A stretch of DNA of 64,000 nucleotides from a virus: the IMG/VR virus record IMGVR_UViG_3300021957_000015, positions 1-64,000 of that record. One strand, given 5' to 3'. A program made the position numbers and the translations under genes. The first letter of the stretch is position 1. Every line of letters starts with the position of its first letter. The notes below the pieces were generated by a model. The model worked only from the letters and a program-made list of their open reading frames with translations. It ran no database searches and was not told the DNA's origin. Below, piece by piece: positions 1 through 8,807 of this stretch.

Positions 1-210
1 AATTCTAGTAATGATCTTGCGTATAGGTTGATTTCAGGCTTAGGTCAATATTGTTATACGTATTTAGAGTCAGATGAATTAATTGAAATGCACTTGATAC
101 ATGTCTTAAAGATGTTAACTTACGAAGAAAAACAATATTTAGTTATTGAAGCCGCAAGAGATTGTGCAGGCGCAGATCATTGGTATACTTTTGAAAAAGA
201 TTGGGGTTAA
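1..210 (+). CDS. Hypothetical protein, 5'-truncated by the window edge
   Basis: Frame 1 is open from base 1 to TAA at 208-210; the next ATG is at 212. Confidence 0.6.
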   Translation, partial: NSSNDLAYRLISGLGQYCYTYLESDELIEMHLIHVLKMLTYEEKQYLVIEAARDCAGADHWYTFEKDWG

Positions 211-211
211 G

Positions 212-424
212 ATGACTATTGAAGAACGATATGATCGTATAGATTCTGCACCATATGTTGTGTTTCCAGACGATAAAACAATTCATACGGTTGAAAGCAT
301 AGAAGTATTTGAAAATGTAATTCTTATAGAGACAAATACCGGATGGTTGTTTAATGACTTTGATGTATTTACTGTTGAAGAAATGGTAGACATCGAAAAT
401 AAATTAGAAGATCTACTAAAATAA
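212..424 (+). CDS. Hypothetical protein (70 aa, MTIEERYDRID...)
   Basis: ATG directly after the upstream stop; preferred over the ORF-track start at 146, which overlaps the previous gene. Confidence 0.65.
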   Translation: MTIEERYDRIDSAPYVVFPDDKTIHTVESIEVFENVILIETNTGWLFNDFDVFTVEEMVDIENKLEDLLK

Positions 425-429
425 ACGCT

Positions 430-476
430 CAAATATTTTTTTATGTCGATTATTTGTGGTATATTAGTAGTATAAT
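430..476 (+). promoter_or_regulatory. Putative early (host RNA polymerase) promoter
   Basis: Intergenic TATATTAG at 460-467 is one mismatch from the Bacteroidota -7 consensus TAnnTTTG; TATAAT at 471-476; T-rich upstream. Confidence 0.45.
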
Positions 477-490
477 TAAAAGCAAAAGAA

Positions 491-958
491 ATGAAAAAAG
501 TAATATTTGATTTAGACGGAACTTTGGCTCTCATCGATAAGCGAAGAGCTATTTCTACAAAAGACAATGGTAAAATGGATTGGGATAAATTCTTTGATCC
601 TAAGAACATTGATCTTGATCAACCACATGATGCTGTAATTAAGATGGCTCAAATGTTAAGCGATGCTGGACATATGATTGTTATTTTTAGTGGTAGATCT
701 AAGGCTACTAAAGATGCAACTAACATGTGGTTAAAAAAGTTTGATGTACCATGTGATGTATTGAAGATGAGACCGACTAGCAAAGACTTTCAGTTTATGC
801 CAGATGACGATCTTAAGAAGAAATGGTTTAACGACTTGTTTCCAACACAAAAACACGTTGACGATGTAGTTTGTGTATTTGATGACAGACAGAAAGTAGT
901 TGATATGTGGAGAGATATGGGTTTAACTTGTATGCAAGTTGCACCTGGTAATTTTTAA
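491..958 (+). CDS. HAD-family polynucleotide 3'-phosphatase (stand-alone PseT/PNK C-terminal-like domain)
   Basis: FDLDGTL (DxDGT), SGR, LKMRP, FDDRQKVVDMWR motifs. Confidence 0.85.
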   Translation: MKKVIFDLDGTLALIDKRRAISTKDNGKMDWDKFFDPKNIDLDQPHDAVIKMAQMLSDAGHMIVIFSGRSKATKDATNMWLKKFDVPCDVLKMRPTSKDFQFMPDDDLKKKWFNDLFPTQKHVDDVVCVFDDRQKVVDMWRDMGLTCMQVAPGNF

Positions 959-970
959 AACAAGAGTAAG

Positions 971-1162
971 ATGGAAAAGTCAATACAAACACCGTTGGGT
1001 GTATATACAGACGACGAAGCAGGTATTGAGATGATTGAGTCTTATGCCAACCAAAAAGTAATCGAGCAGTTGGAATTAATACTTTCAATAGAGGAAGAAA
1101 CAGGGATAGTCCCTATCAATGCTTTAAAGCATAGAATCAAAGAACTAAAACAAAAGATATGA
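971..1162 (+). CDS. Hypothetical protein
   Basis: Tightly packed ORF with ATGA overlap to the next gene. Confidence 0.6.
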   Translation: MEKSIQTPLGVYTDDEAGIEMIESYANQKVIEQLELILSIEEETGIVPINALKHRIKELKQKI

Positions 1163-1437
1163 GATTTGAAGATTTAAAATTTAAGAAGCAAGCTCACGGT
1201 GGCGTAGGAGCTACTGTAGAATTTAAAGACGTTACTGTAAGTGTTCAAGCTGGTGCGTTCGTTTACTCTACACCTAGAGAGGATTTACTAGATTCTACAA
1301 TGTACTCATCTTTTGAGGTCGCTGTATTCGATAAAGACGGTAGATTTGTTACAGACTACTTTATGGATAACACTGATGAGGTTTCAGGCTGGACATCAAA
1401 GGAACAAATAGATGAATTGTTAAAAAGATTTTCTTAA
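1159..1437 (+). CDS. Hypothetical phage protein (SVQAG..YSTPR..Y..FEVA type)
   Basis: ORF coupled to both neighbours; motif typical of small phage proteins. Confidence 0.7.
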   Translation: MRFEDLKFKKQAHGGVGATVEFKDVTVSVQAGAFVYSTPREDLLDSTMYSSFEVAVFDKDGRFVTDYFMDNTDEVSGWTSKEQIDELLKRFS

Positions 1438-2027
1438 TGAGTAGGCAATTTACATGGTGGCGTAGATTTCACGGAGTTGTTAAACTACCTAAGAAATATT
1501 TATTTAAAGGTGCTAGTGAACTTCAGCAAAGAATAGAATTCGGCGAATATGAATTTAATCATTTAGGCAGAGAAGTATACTTAGAAGAAATGATTTATGA
1601 GGCTAAGGTAGCAGCTATTAAAAAAGAAAGCCCATGGTTAGAAGGCGAAACTCTAATTGAAGCAGTCGATTATGATAGAAAACAATATAATAAGCGTAAA
1701 GCTATTATGATGAAAAATCACCTAGAGACTGAGCAAAAACTTCTTTGGAAATTAGCTGAAGATTTAGCTAAAGAATTTGACATGTCAAAAGAAAAAGTGT
1801 CAGACATAATGGAAATATTTGATGGTAGCACTAGAGATTTGTATTTTAAATGTAAGAGTATTGCGCTAGGTAAAAAGTTTGATCCAGAAAAAATGCAAAG
1901 ATTCGTCAACGAGCAGCCGCGACATATTTTAAAACCCAAAGAAAGGAAATACATCAAGCTTTGGACAAAACTAATCAAAGAGCATAATTGGAAACGGTAT
2001 TTAAACTGGGAACAATTGAAACAATAG
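1437..2027 (+). CDS. Hypothetical protein
   Basis: 196-aa ORF with TAATG coupling. Confidence 0.75.
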   Translation: MSRQFTWWRRFHGVVKLPKKYLFKGASELQQRIEFGEYEFNHLGREVYLEEMIYEAKVAAIKKESPWLEGETLIEAVDYDRKQYNKRKAIMMKNHLETEQKLLWKLAEDLAKEFDMSKEKVSDIMEIFDGSTRDLYFKCKSIALGKKFDPEKMQRFVNEQPRHILKPKERKYIKLWTKLIKEHNWKRYLNWEQLKQ

Positions 2028-2043
2028 GTCTAATATCAATACA

Positions 2044-2289
2044 ATGAATATGATAGATTACATCACTAATAATTATGGCGTTGCAATAAATTACGTATCT
2101 ATATACATGATATGTGGTGTAGTTTGCAATCTTATATACGACATAATTATTTCTGTTATTGGCGAAGAAGCATACAGGTTTTCTAACATAGAACGATTAG
2201 GCGTAGCTATTGTTTGGCCGCTATATTTTACACTGTTTATTATTAATTTTTTAAAAGCATTATTTGGAAATGACAAAGACAACAAGTAA
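2044..2289 (+). CDS. Small membrane protein (two predicted TM helices)
   Basis: Two hydrophobic stretches; ends VWPLYFTLFII. Confidence 0.65.
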   Translation: MNMIDYITNNYGVAINYVSIYMICGVVCNLIYDIIISVIGEEAYRFSNIERLGVAIVWPLYFTLFIINFLKALFGNDKDNK

Positions 2290-3205
2290 CTACGGATATT
2301 GTTGTATCAATACAACTTTACAAAAATCAGAAAAGGTAACTACTAATCGTAGTATGATCAAGCGCACGTTTGCCGCTAAAGGTATTGAGTATGCTTCAGA
2401 GTTAGCACTGCTTAACGCTAAGGATTTGGTTAAGATTATCAATTGGAACAATCGCAATGGCATCAAGCTGTTCCGTATTAGTTCTGATATGTTTCCATGG
2501 ATGAGCGAGTACAATTTGTCTGATTTACCAGATTATACTAAAATTGCCAATACTCTTAAAGGCGCTGGTAAAATTGCAATGGATAATGGTCAGCGATTGA
2601 CGTTTCATCCAGGACCTTTCGATGTTTTAGCATCTCTTACTCAGCGAGTAGTTGACAAATGTATTATTGATCTTAATAAACATGGCGAAATCATGGATTT
2701 ACTAGGTTTGCCTAGAGATCATTCTGCACCAATCAATATTCATGTCAATACTACACAAGGTGGTAAATCAGAAGCTATGCAAAGGTTTGTCGATAACTTT
2801 CATTTGTTAGATGCATCTGTACGCAAACGTCTTGTTGTAGAAAACGATGACAAAGAAAGTCAATACACTACCGAGGATTTATATGTAGGTGTATACAACA
2901 AAATAGGTGTACCTATTACATTTGACTATCATCACCATTGGTGTCATCCTGGTGAATTATCTCAAGAGGAAGCTCTTAAGCTAGCTTCCACTACATGGCC
3001 TAAGGGTATTCGTCAACTTGTACATTTTTCTTCCTGCCAACAAATACACGAAGACGACACACAAACTAATAAGCGTGCACATGCAGACTACATATACGAA
3101 CATATTGACGATTATGGCTTATCATTAGATATCGAGTTGGAAGCTAAAGCTAAAGAATTAGCATTGCAACAGTATGTGAAACAATTTAAACATCAACTAG
3201 TATAA
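2270..3205 (+). CDS. uvsE: UV DNA damage endonuclease (UvsE/UVDE)
   Basis: YGYCCIN, LFRISSDMFP, RLTFHPGPF, INIH, LVVENDDK, ITFDYHHH, HAD, ELEAKAKELA motifs; ATG at 2270 preferred to TTG at 2264. Confidence 0.93.
   Translation: MTKTTSNYGYCCINTTLQKSEKVTTNRSMIKRTFAAKGIEYASELALLNAKDLVKIINWNNRNGIKLFRISSDMFPWMSEYNLSDLPDYTKIANTLKGAGKIAMDNGQRLTFHPGPFDVLASLTQRVVDKCIIDLNKHGEIMDLLGLPRDHSAPINIHVNTTQGGKSEAMQRFVDNFHLLDASVRKRLVVENDDKESQYTTEDLYVGVYNKIGVPITFDYHHHWCHPGELSQEEALKLASTTWPKGIRQLVHFSSCQQIHEDDTQTNKRAHADYIYEHIDDYGLSLDIELEAKAKELALQQYVKQFKHQLV
3178..3205 (+). promoter_or_regulatory. Putative class-2 ('middle') phage promoter GAAAC-N18-TATAA
   Basis: Same bipartite motif at 9706, 54574, 54799 and on the minus strand at 54510-54537. 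Confidence 0.55.
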
Positions 3206-3224
3206 CCTTTATAAAAATAAACAT

Positions 3225-3428
3225 ATGAAATACTTAAACAAACTTTTTAAGGGATTTGGAAATATTTTAACCTATACATTACATAATCAAATGGGTTTAC
3301 AATCTAATATTTTTTGGATTATAGCATTATTTAAACTTAAAACTCCAGATTTTTGGAACTTTGCAATTCCAGCCATTCTTTTCAGAGGCATACAATTAAT
3401 AATAGACGAACTTAAAAATAAAAAATAA
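3225..3428 (+). CDS. Small hypothetical, possibly membrane protein
   Basis: ORF with A-rich leader and hydrophobic segments. Confidence 0.55.
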   Translation: MKYLNKLFKGFGNILTYTLHNQMGLQSNIFWIIALFKLKTPDFWNFAIPAILFRGIQLIIDELKNKK

Positions 3429-3434
3429 AGACTT

Positions 3435-3680
3435 ATGAATTTAAAGATAGAAGCTTTAAGATTAAAATACGAAGCTCAAAAAATTGAAGCACTTGCAACA
3501 TTAGAAGTTTATATGAAAAATGCTGCAGGAATTGGTGAACATCCACAAGTTATAGAAGAAATGGATAATCTAGTAAAGTCAATTGCAGAGGCAGATGATT
3601 GCTTAAAAACATTAGGTGAAATATTCACTAATACTGACGATGGACCAGCTTTAACTGATTCAGGCTCCATTAATAGTTAA
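3435..3680 (+). CDS. Conserved small T4-like phage protein (GIGEHP motif)
   Basis: Helical hairpin with AGIGEHPQVIEEMD, recalled from aquatic T4-like phages. Confidence 0.75.
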   Translation: MNLKIEALRLKYEAQKIEALATLEVYMKNAAGIGEHPQVIEEMDNLVKSIAEADDCLKTLGEIFTNTDDGPALTDSGSINS

Positions 3681-3711
3681 TTTATTTAGGCATAATATAC
3701 TGAGGGGTCAG

Positions 3712-3740
3712 AGGGGAAGATAATCATCTTCCCCTTTTTT
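3712..3740 (+). terminator. Rho-independent terminator
   Basis: Perfect 10-bp stem AGGGGAAGAT/ATCTTCCCCT, 4-nt loop, then a T-run. Confidence 0.85.
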
Positions 3741-3742
3741 AG

Positions 3743-3750
3743 GATATATA
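3743..3750 (+). promoter_or_regulatory. Putative late promoter GATATATA
   Basis: Lies right after the terminator and 4 nt before ATG 3755; motif recurs before virion genes. Confidence 0.7.
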
Positions 3751-3754
3751 AAGT

Positions 3755-4453
3755 ATGAAACACATTAAGGCTTACGAAAGTTTTATAAATGAAGGCAGAT
3801 CTAAGTATGATGGCTTAGCATCAAAATTGACTAAACTTACGTTTAAGAAATGGGTAAACACATATAAAGGTGGCAAAGCGGTTATCAATTATATGGACCA
3901 GATCGAAGAACGAGGTTTAGAATTTGACTTTGATGCAACTATTCATATAGACAAAAAATTTAAAGGCTTTGAAGTTTTACCTTCAACTGGTGCAGATGGT
4001 AGAGATGAGGACGATGATGGCGATTATCAAACTCCATACATTCTAATAGATTTTGGTATAAATCCTGATTGGATTCCAGGAGAATGGTCTACTGTATATT
4101 TTCATTTAGCAGATGTTATTAGACATGAAATGGAACACATAACACAGGATGGAGTAGACACTGGTAATTATAGAGCTGGTAAACCTATTGAAGATGATAG
4201 CGAAATAAGAAATCTAATTAACTTAGGTCTTCTACCATACTTTCATTATTTAATGTTACCCAAAGAAGTGGATGCCAATTTACAGGGACTTAGATATGAG
4301 GCTAAAAAAAGAAAAGAGCCAATGAGTGATGCAGTTAACAGATACTTAGACACTCAAATAGAAGGTGACGTAATCAGTAAACAAGAAAAAGAAGAAGTGT
4401 TGGATCTTTGGAGAAAACGCGCAGCAAAAATAGGTGGCATACCAAAATTTTAA
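3755..4453 (+). CDS. Putative virion-internal zinc metallopeptidase-like protein
   Basis: Leader MKHIKAYESFINE; HEMEH (HExxH) plus downstream EVDAN third-ligand-like motif. Confidence 0.65.
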   Translation: MKHIKAYESFINEGRSKYDGLASKLTKLTFKKWVNTYKGGKAVINYMDQIEERGLEFDFDATIHIDKKFKGFEVLPSTGADGRDEDDDGDYQTPYILIDFGINPDWIPGEWSTVYFHLADVIRHEMEHITQDGVDTGNYRAGKPIEDDSEIRNLINLGLLPYFHYLMLPKEVDANLQGLRYEAKKRKEPMSDAVNRYLDTQIEGDVISKQEKEEVLDLWRKRAAKIGGIPKF

Positions 4454-4454
4454 T

Positions 4455-5045
4455 ATGAAATACATAAACACATATGATAGTTTTTTGAATGAAGCTGCAG
4501 GTGGAAAAAAGACTGATGTTTTAAAGAAACATTTCGATAGAACAAATATGACGCTTGCAAAATGGATCAAAAAATATCTATTACCTCAGGAAAAACTTGA
4601 TTCTGAGTCTGATGCAGTTAATCTAATTACAAAGGTCAATAGTCGAAAATATTATAGTAAACTACCAACAATGTATTTCTTTGATGCACCGGCTGAAGAT
4701 CATCCATCAGATAAACTAATTGTACACTTTGTATCATCAGAAAAAATTAGACAAAATATTGTTAAACATGGCTTTATTTACGGTGAACCTGATTATCTTA
4801 AACTAGGTATGAATTGGTCTTCAAGACATAAGCCTAAAAGAGGGGTTGGATATAACTACGGCCTTGATTACGATGATATGTTAGAAAAATACGGGAGCTT
4901 AGAAAAGGGTGCAAAACATTGGGGAGCTTATCCTATTACATTTAAGTCCACTGATGCAATTAAAAATTATCACTTCGGTGACGACGTTGAACAAGTATTA
5001 TTTTGGGGACCGTCAGCGTATGATATAAAAGCAATTGAAATATGA
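4455..5045 (+). CDS. Putative virion-internal protein
   Basis: Start reassigned to ATG 4455 (MKYINTYDSFLNE), just after the upstream stop. Confidence 0.7.
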   Translation: MKYINTYDSFLNEAAGGKKTDVLKKHFDRTNMTLAKWIKKYLLPQEKLDSESDAVNLITKVNSRKYYSKLPTMYFFDAPAEDHPSDKLIVHFVSSEKIRQNIVKHGFIYGEPDYLKLGMNWSSRHKPKRGVGYNYGLDYDDMLEKYGSLEKGAKHWGAYPITFKSTDAIKNYHFGDDVEQVLFWGPSAYDIKAIEI

Positions 5046-8000
5046 AATACATAAATGAAAAGGCGCCTAGCGTAAAAAGCAAAGTTAAGGACATCAATAA
5101 AAAGATTGGTAAACTGATTTCTAAAAAAGAAGATGCTATTAGTAAAGCTAAAGAAATGGCCGATTCTGAAGAACCTTCTGGAAAAATGCAATCAAGTTTA
5201 GCAAAGATACAACTTAGGCAATCTGAAGCAGAAGCTGAAAAGTTACTAATGCAAAAGCAAGCAGAAATACTTAAAGCTAAAATAGATACTGCTAAGAAAA
5301 AAGAAAAAACAACAGCCAACATAGAAGAAATGGAAAATAGACCAATTACAGTACTAGAGGGTGTTATGTCTGATATACATCAGATGATCAGCAACCATAA
5401 AAACTTTGATTCTTTTCAAAAAGAATTCTTTAAAGAGTACGGACATAAAAAAGTAATGAAGAAAACACCAGAATTTTTAGAATGGTTAGAAGCTCTTTAT
5501 AACGACAGTCAATTTGCAGTCGCTGAAGCAGATGCAAAACCAGGACCAGATCCATACATGAGAGGTCTAGATGACGATGAGGAAGAGAAGAAAGAAGATA
5601 AAATGAAAAAGCAAGCTGAAATGGACGATGATGATCCAGATGCTTACAAAGAATTACCAGGTGACAAAGAGGCCAAAGACAAAGGTGAAGTAAAAACTTC
5701 TAAACATGTCAAAAAATATCACGAATTATATGGTGATAAAAAGGACGAATCAGTAGTTACTGAAAAACTAGCTAGAGGTTTAAAGCCATTATTAAAGACA
5801 GGTTCAACTATTACTAAAAAGGTTGGTGAAGATGCATTATTAGATTTATCTGATAAGTTTGATAGCATAGATGATGAATATGCTGGTGATATAGCAAGTC
5901 ATTTGGATATGGCTATTGAATTAATGCAGGATGGTGAAGCAGGAGCCGCTACTAAAAAATTAAAGCAATTTAACAAAGCATGTAAGGATGTTCTTAATGG
6001 AAAGGAAGTTGGTTCAGCATTTGAATCTTTTTCTCAAAAAGATTGGGATGTAAAATGGAAGATGCCTAAAGACAATTTATTCAATGCAACTAAAACTACA
6101 AATGCAATTAATAACAGGTACAACGCTATACGATCCTTACTAAAGTCGAAGCCTACAGAATTAAAAGCCTTTGATAGTACTGACGACCATCCAGCATATG
6201 ACATGTCTTATGATGAGTTAATGAAATGGTTTAAAACCCTAAAAGAATCATTAGATGAAGCAGAAAAATACGATACTAAAGGATTTAAAGTAGGAGATAA
6301 AATTAAAACTAATTTCGGTGAATGGGAAGTAATTGAAACTGATTATGCGCCTAGAAAAAGTTTTACAGCGCCTTTTATATTTAAAGGAAAAGATATGAAA
6401 AGAGTAGACATACCTAATCCTCCTAAAACTAATAAGAATGCTGTAGGTTACAAAGTAACAGACGGTGCTAAATACCCAACTATTGGTTTCTTATATCAAT
6501 ATAAAGATATTACTAAACTTGCAACGGTTGGTGTTGATGAGAAGAATGTAATGCAAGATGATCCTGAAAAATTCGTTGAATCCAAAAATCTTAAGCACAT
6601 TAATCCATTAAAATTTACAGTAAACGAAGAAAAGGCCGAAGGAGATAGAGGTAAAATATCCGATGCTAAAATAGAAACAGCACTTAAAACTAAAGCCGAA
6701 GAAACTGGAGTGCCAATTGGTTTAATAAGAATCGTAATGAGAAGAGGTATGGCCGCATGGAAAACCGGACACAGACCTGGCGCAACTGAACAACAGTGGG
6801 GATATGCACGAGTAAACGCATTCTTAACTAAAGGTGACGGCACATGGGGTGGAGCAGATAAAGATGTTGCTAAAGAAGTTAGAGATGGTGGACATGATAA
6901 AGGTCTAAAGGAAAGAATAGAATCAGATATCAGATTAAGTGATAAAGTAGTAGCATTTAAGACTGAGGCTCCAGCAGATGAAGATTCACAATCTCCTAAT
7001 TCTATTACATGTGGTAATTGTGCATGGACTTGGATGAAACAAGACGGTGGTGATGATATGTATACATGTCACAAGTGTGGAACAGAAAATGCACCTTCAC
7101 TAGGTGAATCTGTGTTAAACGAAGAAGATACTTACAATGATTATCCTGCCGCTGCTAAAAAGAATGCAAAAAAAGCACTTGACTGGCGAGACGAACATGG
7201 AAGAGAAGAAGTAGATGCTGGAACTGCAGTTGGATGGACACGTGCAAATCAATTAGCCAAGGGTGAAAAAATCTCAGCTGACACTATAAAGAGAATGGCA
7301 TCGTTTAACAGACATAGAAAGAATTCTTCAATAAAAGCTGAATTAAAAGGAACTCCATGGAAAGACAAAGGGTATGTTTCTTGGTTAATTTGGGGTGGAG
7401 ATGAAGGTGTCGATTGGGCAATGAAAAAATCAAAAGAATTAGATAATATGAAAGAGTCAAAACAAATGAAATATGTCAAGCACCTTTTTGAAGGTAAAAC
7501 ATTATCGTATGCAAAGGTTAGTATGTTAGGTTCTAAGGTCATAAATAAAATTAGTATTGGAACTATATTAGACACTAAAACTGGTCAATATGAAATTACA
7601 GATCATGGTCGACAGTCTAATGCTTTTAAAGAATTTGAAGCTGAACATAATGGCAAAATAGTAAAGGTGAAATTAACTGTAATGTATGGCATTAAACTAG
7701 AAGCGACAGATGATGTACGTAGTGCTAGATTTGATCAAGAACTAGAACTAAATTCTATTATTTTAGAATCAGCAATCACTGAAGGCATATATGCTAAAAA
7801 AAGTAAAATAACACCTGGTGAATATATTCAAACTCAATATGGTTATTTCTATAAAAGAGTTGAAGGTAAAGTAGGAGGACAAGATGCTTATGTTGAAATA
7901 AAGAAAGGTAAAGAAGGAAAGAGAAAGACAAGCATTCATGATACAGTTGATTTTGATATAGTTGATAAATCTATAGCTCTTAGCGAATCCTTAGTTAATG

Positions 8001-8764
8001 AAGGTAAAATAGTAATTACTAAAAATGAATGGCCGTATCTTGAGTTTAAAGACGGTAGTAGAAGACATAAAGTAGAATTCGACTATGAAGATATTATTGA
8101 TGATCATGGAAACGAGGGTCAAGATCAATATTGGGTAGGTAAAGATGATCAAGGTCAAGAATGGGTTATCGATGTTTATGCTGATATGCGAGGAGAAGTT
8201 GAAGAGGTACACTATGATACTCTGGTAAAAGAATCAACTAAAACACTAAAGTATATTAAACCATTAAATGAAAGTTATTGGAGTAGTTATGAATATGAAA
8301 AGTGGGTTAAAGATAATGGTAAACCTAAATATCCAAAATGGATAAAATCTACTTTAAAAGAAATTACAAATGCAGGGTTTATGGATCCAGTTTACAATTC
8401 TGAACATCAATATATGGTTGTATGGTTAAGTTCATTCGATAATAAAAAAAGATCTGAGCTATTAGCTTATGATAAAAAAGGCATTAAAGAGCTTGGTCAA
8501 ACGGGCTATGAAATGTATAAGAGATTCTACAATGATTTAACAGGTTACAATATGTTCTCTATGATGGGCGCTATATATGCTTTGGAAGTTTCTAAACATA
8601 TTGAAGATAGAGTTGCAAATGGTGAGCCGGTAGAGCCAGCATACTATATGATGAAGGAGTACTTTAACAATATGGGCATGGACACTAAAAGAAGTAGGAT
8701 TTTTAATGCAGCATATGAAAAGTTAGAAAAATGGATGAAAGAAAACAGCATTCCAACTTTATAA
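5042..8764 (+). CDS. 1240-aa multi-module putative virion-internal polyprotein
   Basis: Starts MKYINE; repeated ES-x(n)-(V/L/I)-x-E linkers separate unrelated modules, including a CxxC..CxxC zinc ribbon. Confidence 0.75.
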   Translation: MKYINEKAPSVKSKVKDINKKIGKLISKKEDAISKAKEMADSEEPSGKMQSSLAKIQLRQSEAEAEKLLMQKQAEILKAKIDTAKKKEKTTANIEEMENRPITVLEGVMSDIHQMISNHKNFDSFQKEFFKEYGHKKVMKKTPEFLEWLEALYNDSQFAVAEADAKPGPDPYMRGLDDDEEEKKEDKMKKQAEMDDDDPDAYKELPGDKEAKDKGEVKTSKHVKKYHELYGDKKDESVVTEKLARGLKPLLKTGSTITKKVGEDALLDLSDKFDSIDDEYAGDIASHLDMAIELMQDGEAGAATKKLKQFNKACKDVLNGKEVGSAFESFSQKDWDVKWKMPKDNLFNATKTTNAINNRYNAIRSLLKSKPTELKAFDSTDDHPAYDMSYDELMKWFKTLKESLDEAEKYDTKGFKVGDKIKTNFGEWEVIETDYAPRKSFTAPFIFKGKDMKRVDIPNPPKTNKNAVGYKVTDGAKYPTIGFLYQYKDITKLATVGVDEKNVMQDDPEKFVESKNLKHINPLKFTVNEEKAEGDRGKISDAKIETALKTKAEETGVPIGLIRIVMRRGMAAWKTGHRPGATEQQWGYARVNAFLTKGDGTWGGADKDVAKEVRDGGHDKGLKERIESDIRLSDKVVAFKTEAPADEDSQSPNSITCGNCAWTWMKQDGGDDMYTCHKCGTENAPSLGESVLNEEDTYNDYPAAAKKNAKKALDWRDEHGREEVDAGTAVGWTRANQLAKGEKISADTIKRMASFNRHRKNSSIKAELKGTPWKDKGYVSWLIWGGDEGVDWAMKKSKELDNMKESKQMKYVKHLFEGKTLSYAKVSMLGSKVINKISIGTILDTKTGQYEITDHGRQSNAFKEFEAEHNGKIVKVKLTVMYGIKLEATDDVRSARFDQELELNSIILESAITEGIYAKKSKITPGEYIQTQYGYFYKRVEGKVGGQDAYVEIKKGKEGKRKTSIHDTVDFDIVDKSIALSESLVNEGKIVITKNEWPYLEFKDGSRRHKVEFDYEDIIDDHGNEGQDQYWVGKDDQGQEWVIDVYADMRGEVEEVHYDTLVKESTKTLKYIKPLNESYWSSYEYEKWVKDNGKPKYPKWIKSTLKEITNAGFMDPVYNSEHQYMVVWLSSFDNKKRSELLAYDKKGIKELGQTGYEMYKRFYNDLTGYNMFSMMGAIYALEVSKHIEDRVANGEPVEPAYYMMKEYFNNMGMDTKRSRIFNAAYEKLEKWMKENSIPTL

Positions 8765-8773
8765 AGTAAATTT

Positions 8774-8781
8774 GATATATA
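8774..8781 (+). promoter_or_regulatory. Putative late promoter GATATATA
   Basis: Intergenic, upstream of ATG 8808. Confidence 0.65.
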
Positions 8782-8807
8782 ATAAAAGAAAACAATAATA
8801 AAATATT

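Noticed and set aside
3680-3742. GC-richer intergenic segment as a possible tRNA or ncRNA
   Set aside because: Explained by a terminator hairpin; no cloverleaf or T-loop motif. I noticed no tRNA or rRNA anywhere in the window
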